Shown here: in pieces, positions 63,211-64,000 of the stretch | How the letters are laid out: each line of letters opens with the position of its first letter | Position numbering within the stretch: the stretch's first letter is position 1 | Source: Sphaerodactylus townsendi | Lineage: Eukaryota | NCBI RefSeq assembly: GCF_021028975.2 | Contig: NC_059438.1 | Location: 24,428,001-24,492,000 of the forward strand | DNA: 64,000 bases | Reading direction: 5' to 3' | The notes under the pieces: generated by a model | The model's database searches: none | Told to the model about the DNA's origin: nothing | What the model saw: only the letters and a program-made list of their open reading frames with translations | Translations under genes and position numbers: made by a program

Positions 63211-63277
63211 GGCCCTCCAGATGTTATGGACTACAGTTCCCATCATCCCCTGCCAGCATGATTCAAGTTTGACACCT
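63211..63277. mobile_element. Partial hairpin hAT MITE (same variant as 11334)
   Basis: ggccctccagatgttatggactacagttcccatcatcccctgccagcatga...tttgacacc. Confidence 0.75.
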
Positions 63278-63457
63278 AGTTGGATCCTTGTACGTGCAAA
63301 GTCTGTTTCCTCCCACTGAGCCATACTGGAATACACAACTTAGCTGCCTGACCGCTGGCTGGTGATAAAGTCAGACTGTTCATTTTTGCTTTCTCTGATA
63401 TGCCGGATATAAGCATCTAATTCTGATGCAGTTTACTCAGACTTTATTTTCCTATAG

Positions 63458-63605
63458 GTGGTGAAATTATTGCTACATTATGGAGGAAATCCTCATCAGC
63501 TCAACAGGAGAGGAGAGACACCATTAAAAGTAGCGAATTCCCCCACCATGGTGAACCTGCTGCTTGGGAAGGCCACGTATCCTTCTAGTGAAGAGAGTTC
63601 CACAG
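63458..63605 (+). CDS. ANKRD11: ANKRD11 coding exon 6 (VVKLLLHYGGNPHQLNRRGETPLKVANSPTMVNLLLGKATYPSSEESST); gene continues beyond the window
   Basis: Acceptor ttattttcctatAG, donor CAG|gtaagg; 148 nt; in frame. Confidence 0.96.
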
Positions 63606-64000
63606 GTAAGGCTATGGGGTGAAGGACCCAGCGTAAGTGTGGCTCAGGCAAGGATGTCACTGGAAAGGGCACCCTCTCCAAAGTGTGTTGTTGCATCTAA
63701 TTAGCCAAAATCCAGAGGGCATGCACTTACTCATACTCAAGCCTAGATGCACTCTTTGCCACTGGTCCACAAATGCACAGGGAATACACTGCAAGCATCT
63801 GTGTGGCATATGTTGTGCTCCTGAGCTGTGCTCCTGAGCTTCCTGCTGTGACGTTTCCTGACAACGTCTGCCCCTTGACTTCTGCATGTATGCTCTGTTA
63901 TTGTGTGCTTGTGACAGCCCTTCGTCAGAGGTCAGCTCCACAGTTGTTCGTCCTAGAGTTGGCAGCCCAGGAGGTGAATGCGACTGCACGGTTCGTGCTT

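Overview
Vertebrate genomic DNA, most likely a squamate reptile and probably a gecko (Squam3-like SINEs with (CTT)n tails, 5S-Sauria SINEs, SPIN and Penelope elements). The window lies inside the ANKRD11 gene on the + strand. Six coding exons can be read with canonical AG/GT boundaries: 20389-20475 (start codon; exon begins at 20331), 34667-34805, 60764-60934, 61409-61612, 62591-62733 and 63458-63605. Coding lengths are 87, 139, 171, 204, 143 and 148 nt, and they splice in frame into the N-terminus and ankyrin repeats. The promoter, first exons and large 3' exon were not found in the window. The rest is intron, densely filled with transposons: CR1, L1, L2, R4/Dong and Rex1 LINE remnants, tRNA- and 5S-derived SINEs, hAT and Tigger MITEs, and short Penelope-like insertions. 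Most notable: (1) Penelope-like inserts carrying minimal hammerhead ribozyme motifs, one with an intact core in the pre-mRNA sense; (2) a hairpin MITE family with one shared core and at least six different hAT termini; (3) two different hAT elements stacked at one 8-bp target; (4) a SPIN MITE with an apparently captured MIR-core fragment; (5) four upstream AUGs just before the ANKRD11 start; (6) candidate cassette and poison exons. Nearly all ORFs in the supplied track are spurious. Family names come from recalled consensus sequences, not from a database search.
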